A stretch of DNA of 64,000 nucleotides from positions 3,785,136 to 3,849,135 of the forward strand of contig BCIN01000001.1 of the NCBI GenBank assembly GCA_039545335.1, given 5' to 3'. The position numbers and the translations under genes were made by a program. Below, one piece after another: positions 48,534 to 61,074 of this stretch. The DNA is from Kondoa subrosea (Eukaryota). The notes under the pieces were generated by a model. It did not search any database. It was not told the DNA's origin and saw only the letters and a program-made list of their open reading frames with translations. Position 1 is the stretch's first letter, and every line of letters starts with the position of its first letter.

Positions 48534-51500
48534 CTATTGTTCTTCGGCCTCTGCCTCTACAAACCCTCCGTCGTCCTCATCTGATTCGTCAGCATTGTCA
48601 TCTTGTTTTCCGTCAACACCATTGAGACCTGCCCCTGTCAAAATCCATAAGCTGTTGGTCAGAGGCAGAATCAAAGGCGCTTTACCGAGCTGCTTATCCT
48701 CCGCAGGCGGACTTAATGTGATCTCAGGTGTTCCCAGCGGCTGAGCTGTCGTTGAAGGCGCTTCCAAAGAATCTTGCTGTTGAGATCCCACTCTTTCCCT
48801 TTCTAAGGTTTCTTCCCATCCTTCTTCGAATGCTTCCGGTGTTTCGCTTGGATCACCGAGAGTGTCTGCGATCTTTTTGCTCTTCGGTAGCAGGCTCTTC
48901 TTCCAGCCATTGACCGCTTTCTCGGTAAGGCTAGGGGCATAGGTACGACTGAAGAGAGCAGCTTCTGATTGACGATCTGTGCTGAGCAGAACATCGACGC
49001 AAGCTTCTTTCTCCCCTAAAAGCAGCTGCGAGATGAAAGCGATGTTATTGCTGCCTTTCTCCGTTGCTTTCGAAGCGAGTGATTGTAGGCCAGCTGTTGA
49101 GCCAGTAGAGGAATAGATGAGGAGAAGAGCTGAGAGATCTCCCGCAGCAGCAAAGCATTCTTCAGCTAGCGGAAGTTTCCAAGCTTGAAGTGCTCGATCG
49201 CCGACTGATTTCCACTTGACTTCCGATGGCGCCTGCCTGGCGATCTCCAAAGCTGCTTCTAAATTATCTAGGGAAAGACATAGATCGAACTTGTGGTCTG
49301 GATCAGTTGTTACTCGCATTGCAAGCTCCTTGAGATCTGAGGCATAGCAAAAAAAAGTCAACAACAAGCTAACATCTAAATTTACAATACTGACCTTGCT
49401 GTTCCAAGAATCTAGCGATACGATTCCGCTGTTCTGAAGGTATAGTTGGTAGCAGCTCGTCTGCTGCATCATAATCTTCGCGTAGAATAGCAGTCTGATA
49501 TTCAATGACTGAAAGAGATAAGGCGTAAACGAAGAGCTGCATCTCTTTGTCTGCAAGGTAGATTCGGTTGTGTGCTGGAATATAGCCCAGGAGGAAGAGT
49601 TGACTACCAAAAAGTTCAGCATACACAGCTACGCTATGCTGCATTTAAACTTACGAGTCGAAGTGAGAAATAGTGTGAGTTTGAGATCCAACAAGGTAAT
49701 TCAGTCGGTTTCCAGATGTAGTATAGACCAAGCAGTCGCCAACCCATTTGGCAGATTGAATCGATTCACTGATTTCTGCAACTAAATCGAAAGCATCTTC
49801 TACACCTTCGTCTCCGAGGTCTGAACCAGCGTCGACAAAGTTGGTGTAAGCTTCTCGGTCGAATCGCAGAACATAGTATGAGTCGTCCGCTGCTATGCAG
49901 ACCAGAGATCCAGTGCCAGACCAATACACCTGTAGGTGCCGGCGAGAATGTCAGCGCGCTGGCGCTGGAAGAAGGAGATTGCCTACGTTTCTCGCATCTA
50001 CCTCAATCCGTCTGACGATTGCTCCAGATTCCCAGTCATAGAAGACTACAAAGCCGCTTCCTTTCACACCAAGTAACGGACCTCCGAACAGGTTCTCGGT
50101 AGTGAAAGATCGCTTGATCAAGTCTGGCCGTTCGCGGAAGTTCTTGTATACTCGAGTCTTGGTTGCTGATTCGCGAACAGCATAGGTGTTTGAGTCTGAA
50201 CCCCATGCAAACGAAAGACCAGTTCCGAAGGATTTGTTGCGCCATGCTAAGGAGGTATAGATAATGTATTCGCCGTCGCCACAGACAGTAACGAATCTGT
50301 GCATATTGAAGACTAAAAATCAGAAAAAAGACCGATTGTTCCCTCCTCAATACGCACCTTCCGTTCGGCGAATGCTGCAAAGACTGAGAATAAACTTCTG
50401 TAGTGCCCATTTCTCGAACTGGCGCAGATAATTTGCCTCCATCAGGTATTTGTTCGTCTATACAGCATCGCTTGAGTCAGTATCATTGACAAATCGGACG
50501 GGTCGAGCCTAACCTTGAGTACCGGCGACATTGACAGTCAAGACTTCTGAGTTTTTGGTATAGACGATCTTGCCTGAGGGGTCCATGCTAACAGAAGGTT
50601 CATCACGTCCGAGCTGTCAGAAAATGCACACGCGGAATCAGTACAATCTGAAGAGCCCCCAGTGTCTGCACTGACTCGGACAACAACCGCTCCTTCATCG
50701 AAACCAAGCGCTACTTCATTTCCCTTCTTCGAGTAAGCGACACACCAAGCCCTTTCGAGACCATAATTGAGCGTGTTCTCCAATCGATAAGTAGACGAAT
50801 GCCAAATCTTGACTGTCCCGTCTTCGGATCCGCTGACAATGATAGGCAAGCTAGGATGGAAGATAGCGAAGCTGACGTTGGAGGTATGACCTTCCAAGGT
50901 TTGAATGCAGGATTTAGCATGGTAATCCCAAACTTTGATCAAGCGGTCATCGCCTGTGGTGATCATGTAAGGTTTATCGCCGCCGTGGTAGTATTCAACA
51001 TAGTTGACTCCTTTGTCGTGTGCGTCTAAAGTGAAGTTTGCTGAAGGTGAAGAGAGTGACCAAACTTTGACTGTTCGGTCTAGACAGGCTGAAGCGAATG
51101 TATTCGAGTCTTTTGGATTGAAAGCGACATTCATGATGTAGTGAGTGTGTCCTTCGAAGACCTGCGTGGACAAAATCCGATCAGTATTGCTAAAAGCCAA
51201 TTCGTATAGGGACTTACCTGTATGCATTTCCACCCCTTTTCCCAGTCCCACAATTTAATGGTCATGTCATCACTGCCTGTGAGTATTAAATTTTGAGTAG
51301 GATGTACAGCAAGACATCTGTCAATTATAATCAGTACTGGCACAAGTTTGTTTCTGAAGCTTGGTTTACCTGATATAATCTGGATGTGCTTCGAAAGCAA
51401 TGATCTTTTCTGATGTATTGTAGTTGTAGACACGAAGGTTGAAGTCGTCCGACCCGCAGACGAACCTGTCAGTTCCGCAGCTAACTTAGCTGCGCACAGC

Positions 51501-51971
51501 AAAAGCAGCAGAAGAGCTGACCAATTCTTGCGAGCGACAAACTTCACACATCGTACAGGTACTTCAGTGACTTCAAATGTCTTGATGAGGACCTGTCGAT
51601 GCCCAAACATCAGCTCTGCGGTCGAAAGGGTTTCCCGACTTGAAGCGTACTCCAGTCTCGTGATTCCAGATCAAAACGTTGCCATTGTATAGACCAGCCA
51701 ATATCCAAGGTTCTGTAGGATGAAAATCGACTGATTTGACGCGCTCAGAGCTGTAACAAGTAAATGCTGAGATTAAGCCAGAGGCTGGAAAGGCCATGCA
51801 TGACACAGCTTGACTGACCGCGCTAGAAGCTTGCGCTGTTGGTTTAAGATCCAGATATGAGCTCTAGACTCTGAAACTGGCCTTTAAACCTACCTGAATA
51901 TCAAGAAGCATAGGCTATTCGATACAAAAGTAAGCCAACGCTCAATCCGGGCCACGAGTTGCACGCACCAT
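48534..51971 (-). CDS. SEC27: Coatomer beta-prime subunit (COPB2), multi-exon
   Basis: [91 protein letters not shown]. Confidence 0.98.
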
Positions 51972-52367
51972 TCTTGCAAGACTCTAATCTAGGTATAGGT
52001 AGACTTTTGGGACCCTCGGACAGCTTTGAAGGGTAGATCAGTGTGGTGGATTGCGAACTTAGCGAAATTCGTCTTTTGAATTTCGCGTCGTCCAGCTGGA
52101 AGCGTGGCAGCACTCTTTTCTTCTTATCGCGATCCCTACAACGCTCCTCCGCCTGGTCTATCGGTTGGCATACGTACTGGCCACCTCAACTCGCTGGACT
52201 TCACTTGCTTTTCGCCCATCCAAGTTTTGGTTACGCTCGCGCGCGGTGCTCTTTTGACTTGACTTTTTCTTTGACTGTCTCTCTGCGAATGGCAGCAGGA
52301 CCAGGTGAGGTCATTCACGGAGTACTTCTGGAGTCACTTCGCGATACTGCTTGCGCCATTTAGATCA

Positions 52368-54591
52368 ATGAGCGAAACTTCTGCTTCACTTGACGAGCGC
52401 CAACCTCGAAATGGAGTTGATGAAGTTCTGGAGATAGAGGAAGACTTACGCCAAGCTGCTCTATTGACGAACAATGTCAAGGCTTCCAACGATGAACTTC
52501 GTGCGGCTTTGTCATGTCTATTAGGTCATATGGAAACCATGCAGATGGCTCGAATACATGAAAGCAGAGATGCGGAAGCCCAAGTGAGTCTATATTCCTT
52601 TAATGCACTCTTATGCGTTACTTAAAACCGCGTACTTTCAACTATATAGATATCGCTACTTTCCTCACAAGTTGCAGCAATGAAGAGTCAACTCGTAACT
52701 CTACCTCTCTTCTACTCACATCAATCGAATCTCGACAAGGCGCAATACGAAGCTGAACTTGAAGGTCTACGCAAAGCAACTCAAGTTTTAGCTCGCAAAG
52801 TCGCTTTCTTCAACGTCGTACCAGCAGCAGCTATCGCAGCCGCTACTTCTGCTTTTGGAGGAGATGCTCATGCAATGGGAAACGATTACTCCTCAGTCTT
52901 GTCTGATCCAACAGTTCAGGAAGGGTTGTATGGATTCGCTTGGAGTAATATCGGTGGACCAGCTTTAGCTGAAGCGGAGGCGGAAAACAAGCACTTGACA
53001 GCGGATACGAGGTTCCTTACTAGAAAGGTTAGTCAAATGCTTCAACTACCTTTGATCTCTCTTCTGATATCTGATTTAGCTGGAATTGGCTGAAGCACGA
53101 AGTAAACGAGCAGAAACAGAACTCAAGCGACTACGATCCTATCTTCTCTCAGCTGGACCAATCATTATAGAGGAGAAGAAAGAACAACATCCTGCTCAGC
53201 CTGCTCAATCAGGAGCCCAGTCACCTCAAAGAGCAGCTTTCCAGACGCAAGACGAAGCCAGTCAAGCACCTTTCCATGTAGAAATCCCACCTCTGTCCGA
53301 GTCTCTTGCAGTAATCGATCCTGCTCTGAATTCGCCTCAAGCCAGCACTTCAGCCTTACCTTCCCCGAGCAACGCAAATGCGCCACCACTCCTCGGTAGA
53401 CCTGTATTGGATGGCCAGACACTACATGCATCATTATTCCTATCCCAAGAACCACACAAGAACAGGCATCGAAGAAGTCGGCCAGGTCCTGTTATGGGCG
53501 ATGCTGAAGCAGAACATCTTTTGCTGGCTGGGAAGACATTGGATCGAGTTCGAAGAGTGATGTATTCTCAACCCGAAACGGAACCACTTCCAATCAAGAA
53601 AAGAAGGAGAGAACCAAACACTGTAGAGAAATCACCAAGTTTGCAACTCCAGACTTCAGCAGAAGCCACTCCTTCTTCATCTTCTGCACCTACTACAACT
53701 GCTACTTCTACTATAACGAGCAATGGTATTCTTCCGCCTGCACCCGCTTCCGTTGCGAATCAATTCTTGCCAGCTATCGGTCAAATGCAGCATGCCCGTG
53801 CTACTCAAACTGATATAATCTCGCCAGAAGAAGAGAGCCGGCCACAAATACCCATGTTCAACAATCTTCTGGAAGCGGTTCATATGAATCATTATGCCTC
53901 AGCAGATGAAAGGGCCGCAATTCTTGCAGGGATTCCACCTCCCGTCTTGAACTACAAGCGAAAAGCCGATCAACTTTTGCCAATGACTATACAACCTCGA
54001 TCACCTCCAGCTCAATCAGAAGCCAACAAGAGAAGAAGACTGACGCATACTACTCAAAACGATTATTCTGCTTTGGATGTATTAGCCGATCAAGCTACTA
54101 CGCAACAGCAATTTCCGAATGCGCAAGCTCTGCAAAGACCTCCTGGAGATGAAGAGGACGCAGAGGGAGAAGAGGAGGAAGAGGAAGAAAATGCGACAGC
54201 CCCAGTTGCTGCTTCTGCGAAAGGAAAAGGTAGAGGTGGACCTGGTAAACCAAAGTCTCAGTACAAGAAGTGGACTACAGCTGAGGTAAGATCTCGTGCA
54301 AGCAACTTCTTGGTGTTGGCTAATCAAGGCGAATAGGACGAATTGCTTATTCAAGGAGTTCTGGCTAATGGTTTTCGATGGGAAATGGTTTCTTCAAATG
54401 TTCCTGATCGAACATATCATCAATGTCGTCAACGATGGATGCGAGGTCTCAAGAGTGGAACCAACTTGGCTTCTTCCCTTCAGAGTTATTTACCTAAAAT
54501 AGTGGACCTCAAGAAACAGCAAGAAGAAGCAAAAAAGATAGCTGCTTTACCTAGGAACGCAACTCCTCCTTCTGCTGCTACTGCTGCTTGA
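52368..54591 (+). CDS. Myb/SANT-domain transcription regulator with N-terminal coiled coil, multi-exon
   Basis: C-terminal Myb repeat YKKWTTAEDELLIQGVLANGFRWEMVSSNVPDRTYHQCRQRWMRGL with three regularly spaced Trp. Confidence 0.85.
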
Positions 54592-54819
54592 GCGAACAAA
54601 TAGAGACAAGTGTCGGCGGCTTTTGGCGGGTGATCGAGATATTTAATTTCGGAGGGTGTATTTCACGAACCATTGACTGCATCAAGCGTTGCTATACGCG
54701 TCGTTTGTGCTGTGCTTTCCGCTCCTTTATACGTCGGACACGAAATCCAGACAACAATAACGCGACCTTCTCAGAACTTCTTGCACGATATGTTGGAGAA
54801 ATTCTATTGAAGCTCAAGG

Positions 54820-57800
54820 ATGGCTTCGAGCGACGATATACAGATCTTGCTACAACCACCACCTGGATCAGCACCTTTCTGCGTCTTGATCCCTCCAGGT
54901 GAAGGTATGCGAGAAACGCGACGAACAAATGGAGCTTCGAATGCTTCTCGTGAACCTTCTGCTACACTGTCTGTCCGACCTACGTCTAGAAGAAGTCGTT
55001 CTGCTAGTTCCAGCTCTGTGGATCCGCTACATATCGATAGCCCAAATGCAACTCTAGATGAAGATAGCGCTGCTGCTACTCTGCCTCTGCCTAAAGTCAA
55101 AGGAGATACACTCAGTCCGGATGATGAGATTGTCAAGGTGTTGAGCAGGCAAACTTGTGCTGGCATGCCTACAATGTATCAAGTCAAATTGGAGAATGGC
55201 AGGAAAGCCAGAGTGACTGAAGAGCAAATGAGGGAATATGAAGATGTTCTTCAAAACTTTGAAGAGAACAGGCCTGATATGTCAAATCGAAGAACAAGTC
55301 GTTCATCTCGAAGCGAAGGTAGTGATATGGGTGATTTCATTGGAGACTCTCAGGAAGAGGATTCTGGAAATGACTTAGAAGGAGTCGATTCGGGCTCAGA
55401 TGGAGACCCGTCTGCGAAGAAGAAGAGACCGAAACGCAAATTAAGATCTACGAAACCTAAGAAGCAAGCCAAAGTCAAAGAAGTTGTTGAACCTACTCGA
55501 AGATCTTCTCGTGCCGTCAAAAGTGCAGGCTATGCCCTTGAAACTCCTACTTCTGAACCTGAAGAAGTGATTGACGAGGAAAGCGAAGAGGATGAAGCAC
55601 CTCAGACTCGTAAAGGTCCAAAGACGAACAAGCAAGTCATCAATTTGACGTGGAACAAGAAGAACACCATCATTGATCTGGATGATGAAGAAGAGGATGA
55701 AGAAGAGGAAGAGCCTGTCTCCGCTCTTCGAACTCACCGCAATGTGAGTCCTGTCGCATCCTTGTTAGCTTATATTGACCTGTCGTGATTTTCAGGTCTG
55801 TCATAAATGCGATTCTTCCCGAGCAGACGTCGTTCTAGCCGATTATCTCAAGCGAAATAAGCGGAAGAAGGGTGGAAAGAGAAGAAGAGACGATGATGAG
55901 GATGCTGAAAGCGAATCTGACATCCGAGCAAAGGGATGCTGGGTTGAATGCGCCAACTGTGTTGTCGCTTTCCATTTCGGTCAGTCTTGGTGCTTGTGAG
56001 GCTCATGCCAGCGTCTCATAGTACTTTCACGGAAAGGCTGCCTACCCAAGACCATTCAAGCTGATATTATTCGCGCAATCAAGGCAGATATCGTTGCGCC
56101 CGATGGTACTACCACGCCGATGGAGGTTGACGGTGAAGAACAAACTACTGTAGATCTATCTCGTCCTATCGCAAGAGAACACAAGAAGGAATTGGACGTT
56201 TCCGAGACTATCACCTTACCTTCCTGTTCGCTGTGCTTGAAAAGGCATGGAAAGACGTGCCTGGTATGTCATACTGAAAGCGAACCAGTCAAGTCTGCAG
56301 CAGAGGATATGGTCATCGAGTCGACTTCGCCAGCACCGGTTGCTACATTCTCTCAAGTTTCTGAAGTCATTCCTTCATCTCAAGCTGTCGAAGGTGCTTT
56401 GCTACAGGATGCGAATGGCGTTGCTCCTGTCGAGATCAAAGTTGAAGAAGAAGAAGAAGAACCAACACCTTTGCTCTTTCGCTGTGGTAAGCTTTCAGCT
56501 CAATTTTGGCATCCGTGCATCTAATATACGACAAAAGCCAAATGCAAGCGTGCTGCGCACTATGCTTGCTTGCCGCGGGATGATGAGGACGAGGTCGAGC
56601 AGCCGGCTGAACTCGAAGCTCAGTACTGGCAGCAAGTGAGTTGTCTCTGAGATGCAAAGCACTAGTACTGAATCTTTAGCAGGACTGGCTGTGTCCTGAA
56701 TGCACAACGTATGTTGATGCCGTCGACGTCGTCTTGGCCTGGCGACCGCTCAGAGCCAAAGACGAAGCTCCCCTAACAGCCGAAGAATTGGCTGCTTTCC
56801 CTCGACCGACTGCCAAGGATACCTTTGCGGATGTAGAATATCTTATCAAGTTCGTCGATCAATCTTACCGCAACGCTATCTGGACACCTCATGGATTTTT
56901 GGCTGCTTCGTCCAATGCGAAACTGCGAAACTTCCTTGACAAAGGTCTTGAGCTCCCTACCGAAGAAGACGACATGGTCCCAGACGACAAGATTGATCTA
57001 TCAGCTTTCGGACGTGCGCCAAACCCTCTTGCTAAAGAACAAATTCCAAAAGATTGGCTAACTTTCGATCGAATTTTGGATGCTACTTACAATACCTCTA
57101 AGAGAAGCGATGTACCCGCAGAAGATATCAAAAGCTTGTCTACCGATCCCGCTGAAAGTATTGGCAAAATGTCATGGTGTTTGGTCAAATGGCAAAGTCT
57201 GTCTTACTCAGCCTGTACATGGGAAAAACCGCCAGCAAAAGATGATAGCAGCTATGACTCCTTCTATGAAGCCTATGAGAAGTGGTTGATGGGTAGAAGT
57301 GTCTATATTCCTCGTCTGAAGCAAGATCAGCTGGATGTTCTTGATCGCGCTCGACCTGTCAAGAGCTTCATACCTCTAGCCGAACAGCCGGACTTCATTG
57401 CTGGAGGCAAAATGAAGTTGATGGTATGATTAAAGACTTGCCTTTCCGCAATTAGATTGACAGCATATGTAGGATTTCCAAATGGAAGGGCTCAATTGGC
57501 TGAGATTCAAGAATTGGGTAAAGAAGTATGTGTCCGCCGCTCTCAGCGCAAGCGCTCTTGACTGACGACGTATGACACAGGAATGGTGTCCTATCTGAGT
57601 GTGTATAATAGCTTTACCTGATTGAAAAGGCTGATACATCTTAAAAGCGAAATGGGTCTGGGCAAGGTATTTGAGATGTTCGTATAGATTGGCTTGGCTC
57701 ATAAGCTTTGCAGACTGTACAAATCATCGCCTTCATCAGCTGCCTGTTCAAGCAAGAGAAATCTATGCCTTTCCTGATTGTGGTGCCGAACAGTACGATT

Positions 57801-60800
57801 GGCAATTGGGTTCGAGAGTTCGCACAATGGGCGCCAAAAGAGCTGCGTATTGTGCCTTATCTCGGTGATGCCAAGTCAAGGGAAATGCTGGAAAGATATG
57901 AGCTATTCACACACCGAGCCGGAACTAAAGAACCTCTGCTGCATGCACATTGCGTTGTTGCTACCTTCGAAAGTGAGTCCTTTTTCAGGGTTGAGTGTCG
58001 TAGCTGATGCGTCGCCAGGTCTGGAAAAGAATGTTTCCCTTTTCAAACGAGTGCAGCGTTACGAGGTAGTAGTCATTGATGAAGCACAGCGACTGAAGGC
58101 TGGTGATACTGGCCACCTGTTTCGAGCTCTTTCGTCTCTCAATGCTTCACAGACCAGTGAGTCCTGGCCAGATTGCTGTGTTTCGGCTTTGATGGTATTG
58201 TACTGCCAGTTTTATTGACGGGGACACCTCTCAACAAGTGAGTTATCCGTATCTCTCACATCGGAATGCTCATAGCGGAATTACAGCTCGATTGGTGAAG
58301 TTTTGAATCTTATGAACTTGCAAGTCTGTCTTTTGTGATTTGATAAACCACTAATATGTCCATAGCCTGGACTCCGAAACGTTCTCAAATTTGCCAGAAC
58401 TGAAGAAGAAATTCGAAGTTCTGACCAAAGACTTGGTGACTGTAAGTCAAAAGTAGCATTATAGCAAGATCTGGACTACTTACTGCCACCTTTCACTCTA
58501 GGAACTTCAAGAGCTGATCAAACCGTACTTCTTACGACGCACTAAGGAAGAAGTTCTCAGTCTGCCACCGTTGCAAGAAATTGTTATAGTCCGTCATTTG
58601 CTTTTGAGCTGGGTTCTACTAAGCAGTCTACGTAGCCTGTATCGTTGAGCTCGTTGGCTCGACAATTCTACAAGTCTACGCTGGAGAAGAATGCTGAAGC
58701 TATGTCTTCTCTCACACGGCAAGCCAACGACAGAGGGAGATCTGTCAAGAGATCGAATTTCAACAATTTACTCATGGCATTGCGAAAGGTTGATTCTTCA
58801 AACAGAGCAAGCTGATCATAGTACTCATTGGTGGTTGTCCAGATCTGCCAAAGTCCATATCTTGCTTCACCTGATGTCGAGCCTCAAAATGTATCATCTG
58901 CAGAGAAGCACAGCAATTTAGTTCAGGCATCGAGCAAGCTGGCTTTCTTAGCTCGCCTGCTACCGAAACTTGTCCAAGGTGGTCATCGCATGCTTATCTT
59001 CACTCAATTCTTGTCTGTCCTCGATCTGCTCGAGCGCTTCCTGGATGGCCTGAACCTCAAATACGCACGTCTCGATGGTGGTACGCAGCAGAGCGACCGC
59101 CAGGAATCGATCGATCTTTTCCAAAAAGCCGACAGTCCGCTACATTGCTTTATTCTCTCTACTCGAGCCGGCGGTGTTGGCATCAATCTTGTATGTACTA
59201 AACTCCTTATAGCATTGACTTGTGCGCTGAACTCGATGTTCCTCGGATGCCGTAGACTGCAGCAGATACTATCATTATGTTTGACCAAGACTTCAATCCG
59301 ATGCAAGACATGCAGGTCCGTCATTCTTTCGTGCTGTCGTATATGACAATTGATACTCATCTGATGTGATAGGCTATCTCGCGTGCTCATCGGGTGAGGA
59401 CACAGGGCAGATCGTGGAACTGCCATACTCACGTCTTGTCTGTCTGTCTCTAGATCGGTCAGAAGAAGCCTGTGACTTGCTTCAAGCTGATGACAAAAGG
59501 TCGGTGGTACTTGATCTCAGTATTAAGTAAGTACTGATCCCTGGGAACAGGAACATGCGAGGAAAAGGTTTGCATTCGCATCTGTTGTAGAGACACTTCT
59601 AACTTTTGCGGTAGATTCTCAGCGCTGGCAAGCGCAAGATGGTCCTGGAACATCTAATTGTCTCATCTCTAGACTCTCGCTCAAGTAAAACGGAGGAAGA
59701 TCAACCTGACGACATTGAGAATATTCTGGCTTTCGGTGCAACTGCGATATTTGATGACGAAAACGTATCTGAAATCAAATACTCAGAGGCAGATCTTGCG
59801 AAACTGCTCGAACGCTCCGCTGCGGTAACCGAGCCTGCTGCAGGGGGAAAACGAGAGAATAACAAAGCCTTCTCGTATGCCCAAGTGTGGAAAAAGGAGA
59901 GCGGTACTCTGGTCGACGAAGAAGAAGAAGAACCTCAAGTATGTCCCCTCCATCCCTTAGACTCTGCTCCGGCCAGACTAACAATGATTCAGAGCAATAT
60001 CGGCGAACAGAGAAATTTCTGGGAGTCGGTGCTTGAGAAACAACAGGAAGAAGAGGCTCGTCTTGCAAAAGAGAAGCAATCGAAGCTTGGCAGGGGCAAA
60101 CGTACTCGCAAACAGATTGTGAGCGCAACAGTTGTCATGGAATATTTTCTAAGTCTATGCCTAGGTCGATCTCAACAAGAAATATGTCGACTTGGACGAC
60201 GACACATCACCACGAAAGACTCAGGACTCTCACGACAAGGAAACTTCTGACGATGATGTATTCGACGGCAGCGCAGGTCCAGACAGTCCGGCGAACCTGT
60301 CCAGCGACAACAATGATGATAGCTTTGCGCCTTTGGCAAAGGATGAACTGGAAGATCTCAGCAAGGCCAAAAAGAAGAAGAAGAAGTCTCATCCTGTCAA
60401 TGATGGAGCAATTATCAGTGATCGACCTTCACTTGGCGAGAGCGCAATTGTCAATCTTCCTCCAGGCGCATTTGATCGACGTCCACTCGACCTACAAGCT
60501 GCTGCTGCTATTGTTCCGGGACAGCGAAGCCAAACTCCCCCTATAGGCATACATAGGCCTCCTCCTGGAGCAAACTTAGAGCAATTTGGCTTCGGATCGC
60601 CTGGAAAACTGCTATCTCGAAAGGAGATATCAGCAGCTTCGCCGCCAAAGCGCACCAAAGCGAAGAAAGACACACAACACATTACCGTTCCTTCGTCGCC
60701 CGAACAAGATGATCGCGATGCAAAGGCTGTTAGGCTTCAACTATTGGAGAAATTGCAAAAGCGGGCTGTTCAATATTCTGAATTCGGATTGTACGATCAA

Positions 60801-60982
60801 TTGGAAGCAGCGAAGAAATTGAAGGGCTCGAAGCAATTAGCTGCTTGTAAGCGTATCGTCTCTGGTTGTGTACGGTTGGCATGCTGAGAATTCAGATAAC
60901 AGTGCTATCTTGCTCAGCGAAAGTCAAGGAATTGCATGCTAGAAAGCAAGCCCAAAAGGCAAAGATGGAAAGTGATAGATAA
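54820..60982 (+). CDS. MIT1: CHD/Mi-2-type SNF2 chromatin remodeler, Mit1-like (PHD-like fingers, chromo-like domains, ATPase), multi-exon
   Basis: CHKC..WVECANCVVAFHFGCL, LLFRC..CKRAAHYACL..WLCPEC, EYLIKF, CLVKWQSLSYSACTWE, SDEMGLGKT, DEAQRLK, LLTGTPLNN, LRRTK, STRAGGVGINL, DQDFNPMQDMQAISRAHRIGQ. Confidence 0.9.
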
Positions 60983-61074
60983 GATTTGTATGATACTTGA
61001 ACAATGCTTGTATGTACGACTATAGATGCTTTCTACAATGTGTTGTACAACCATTTAACAAAAGTGGAGATAGC

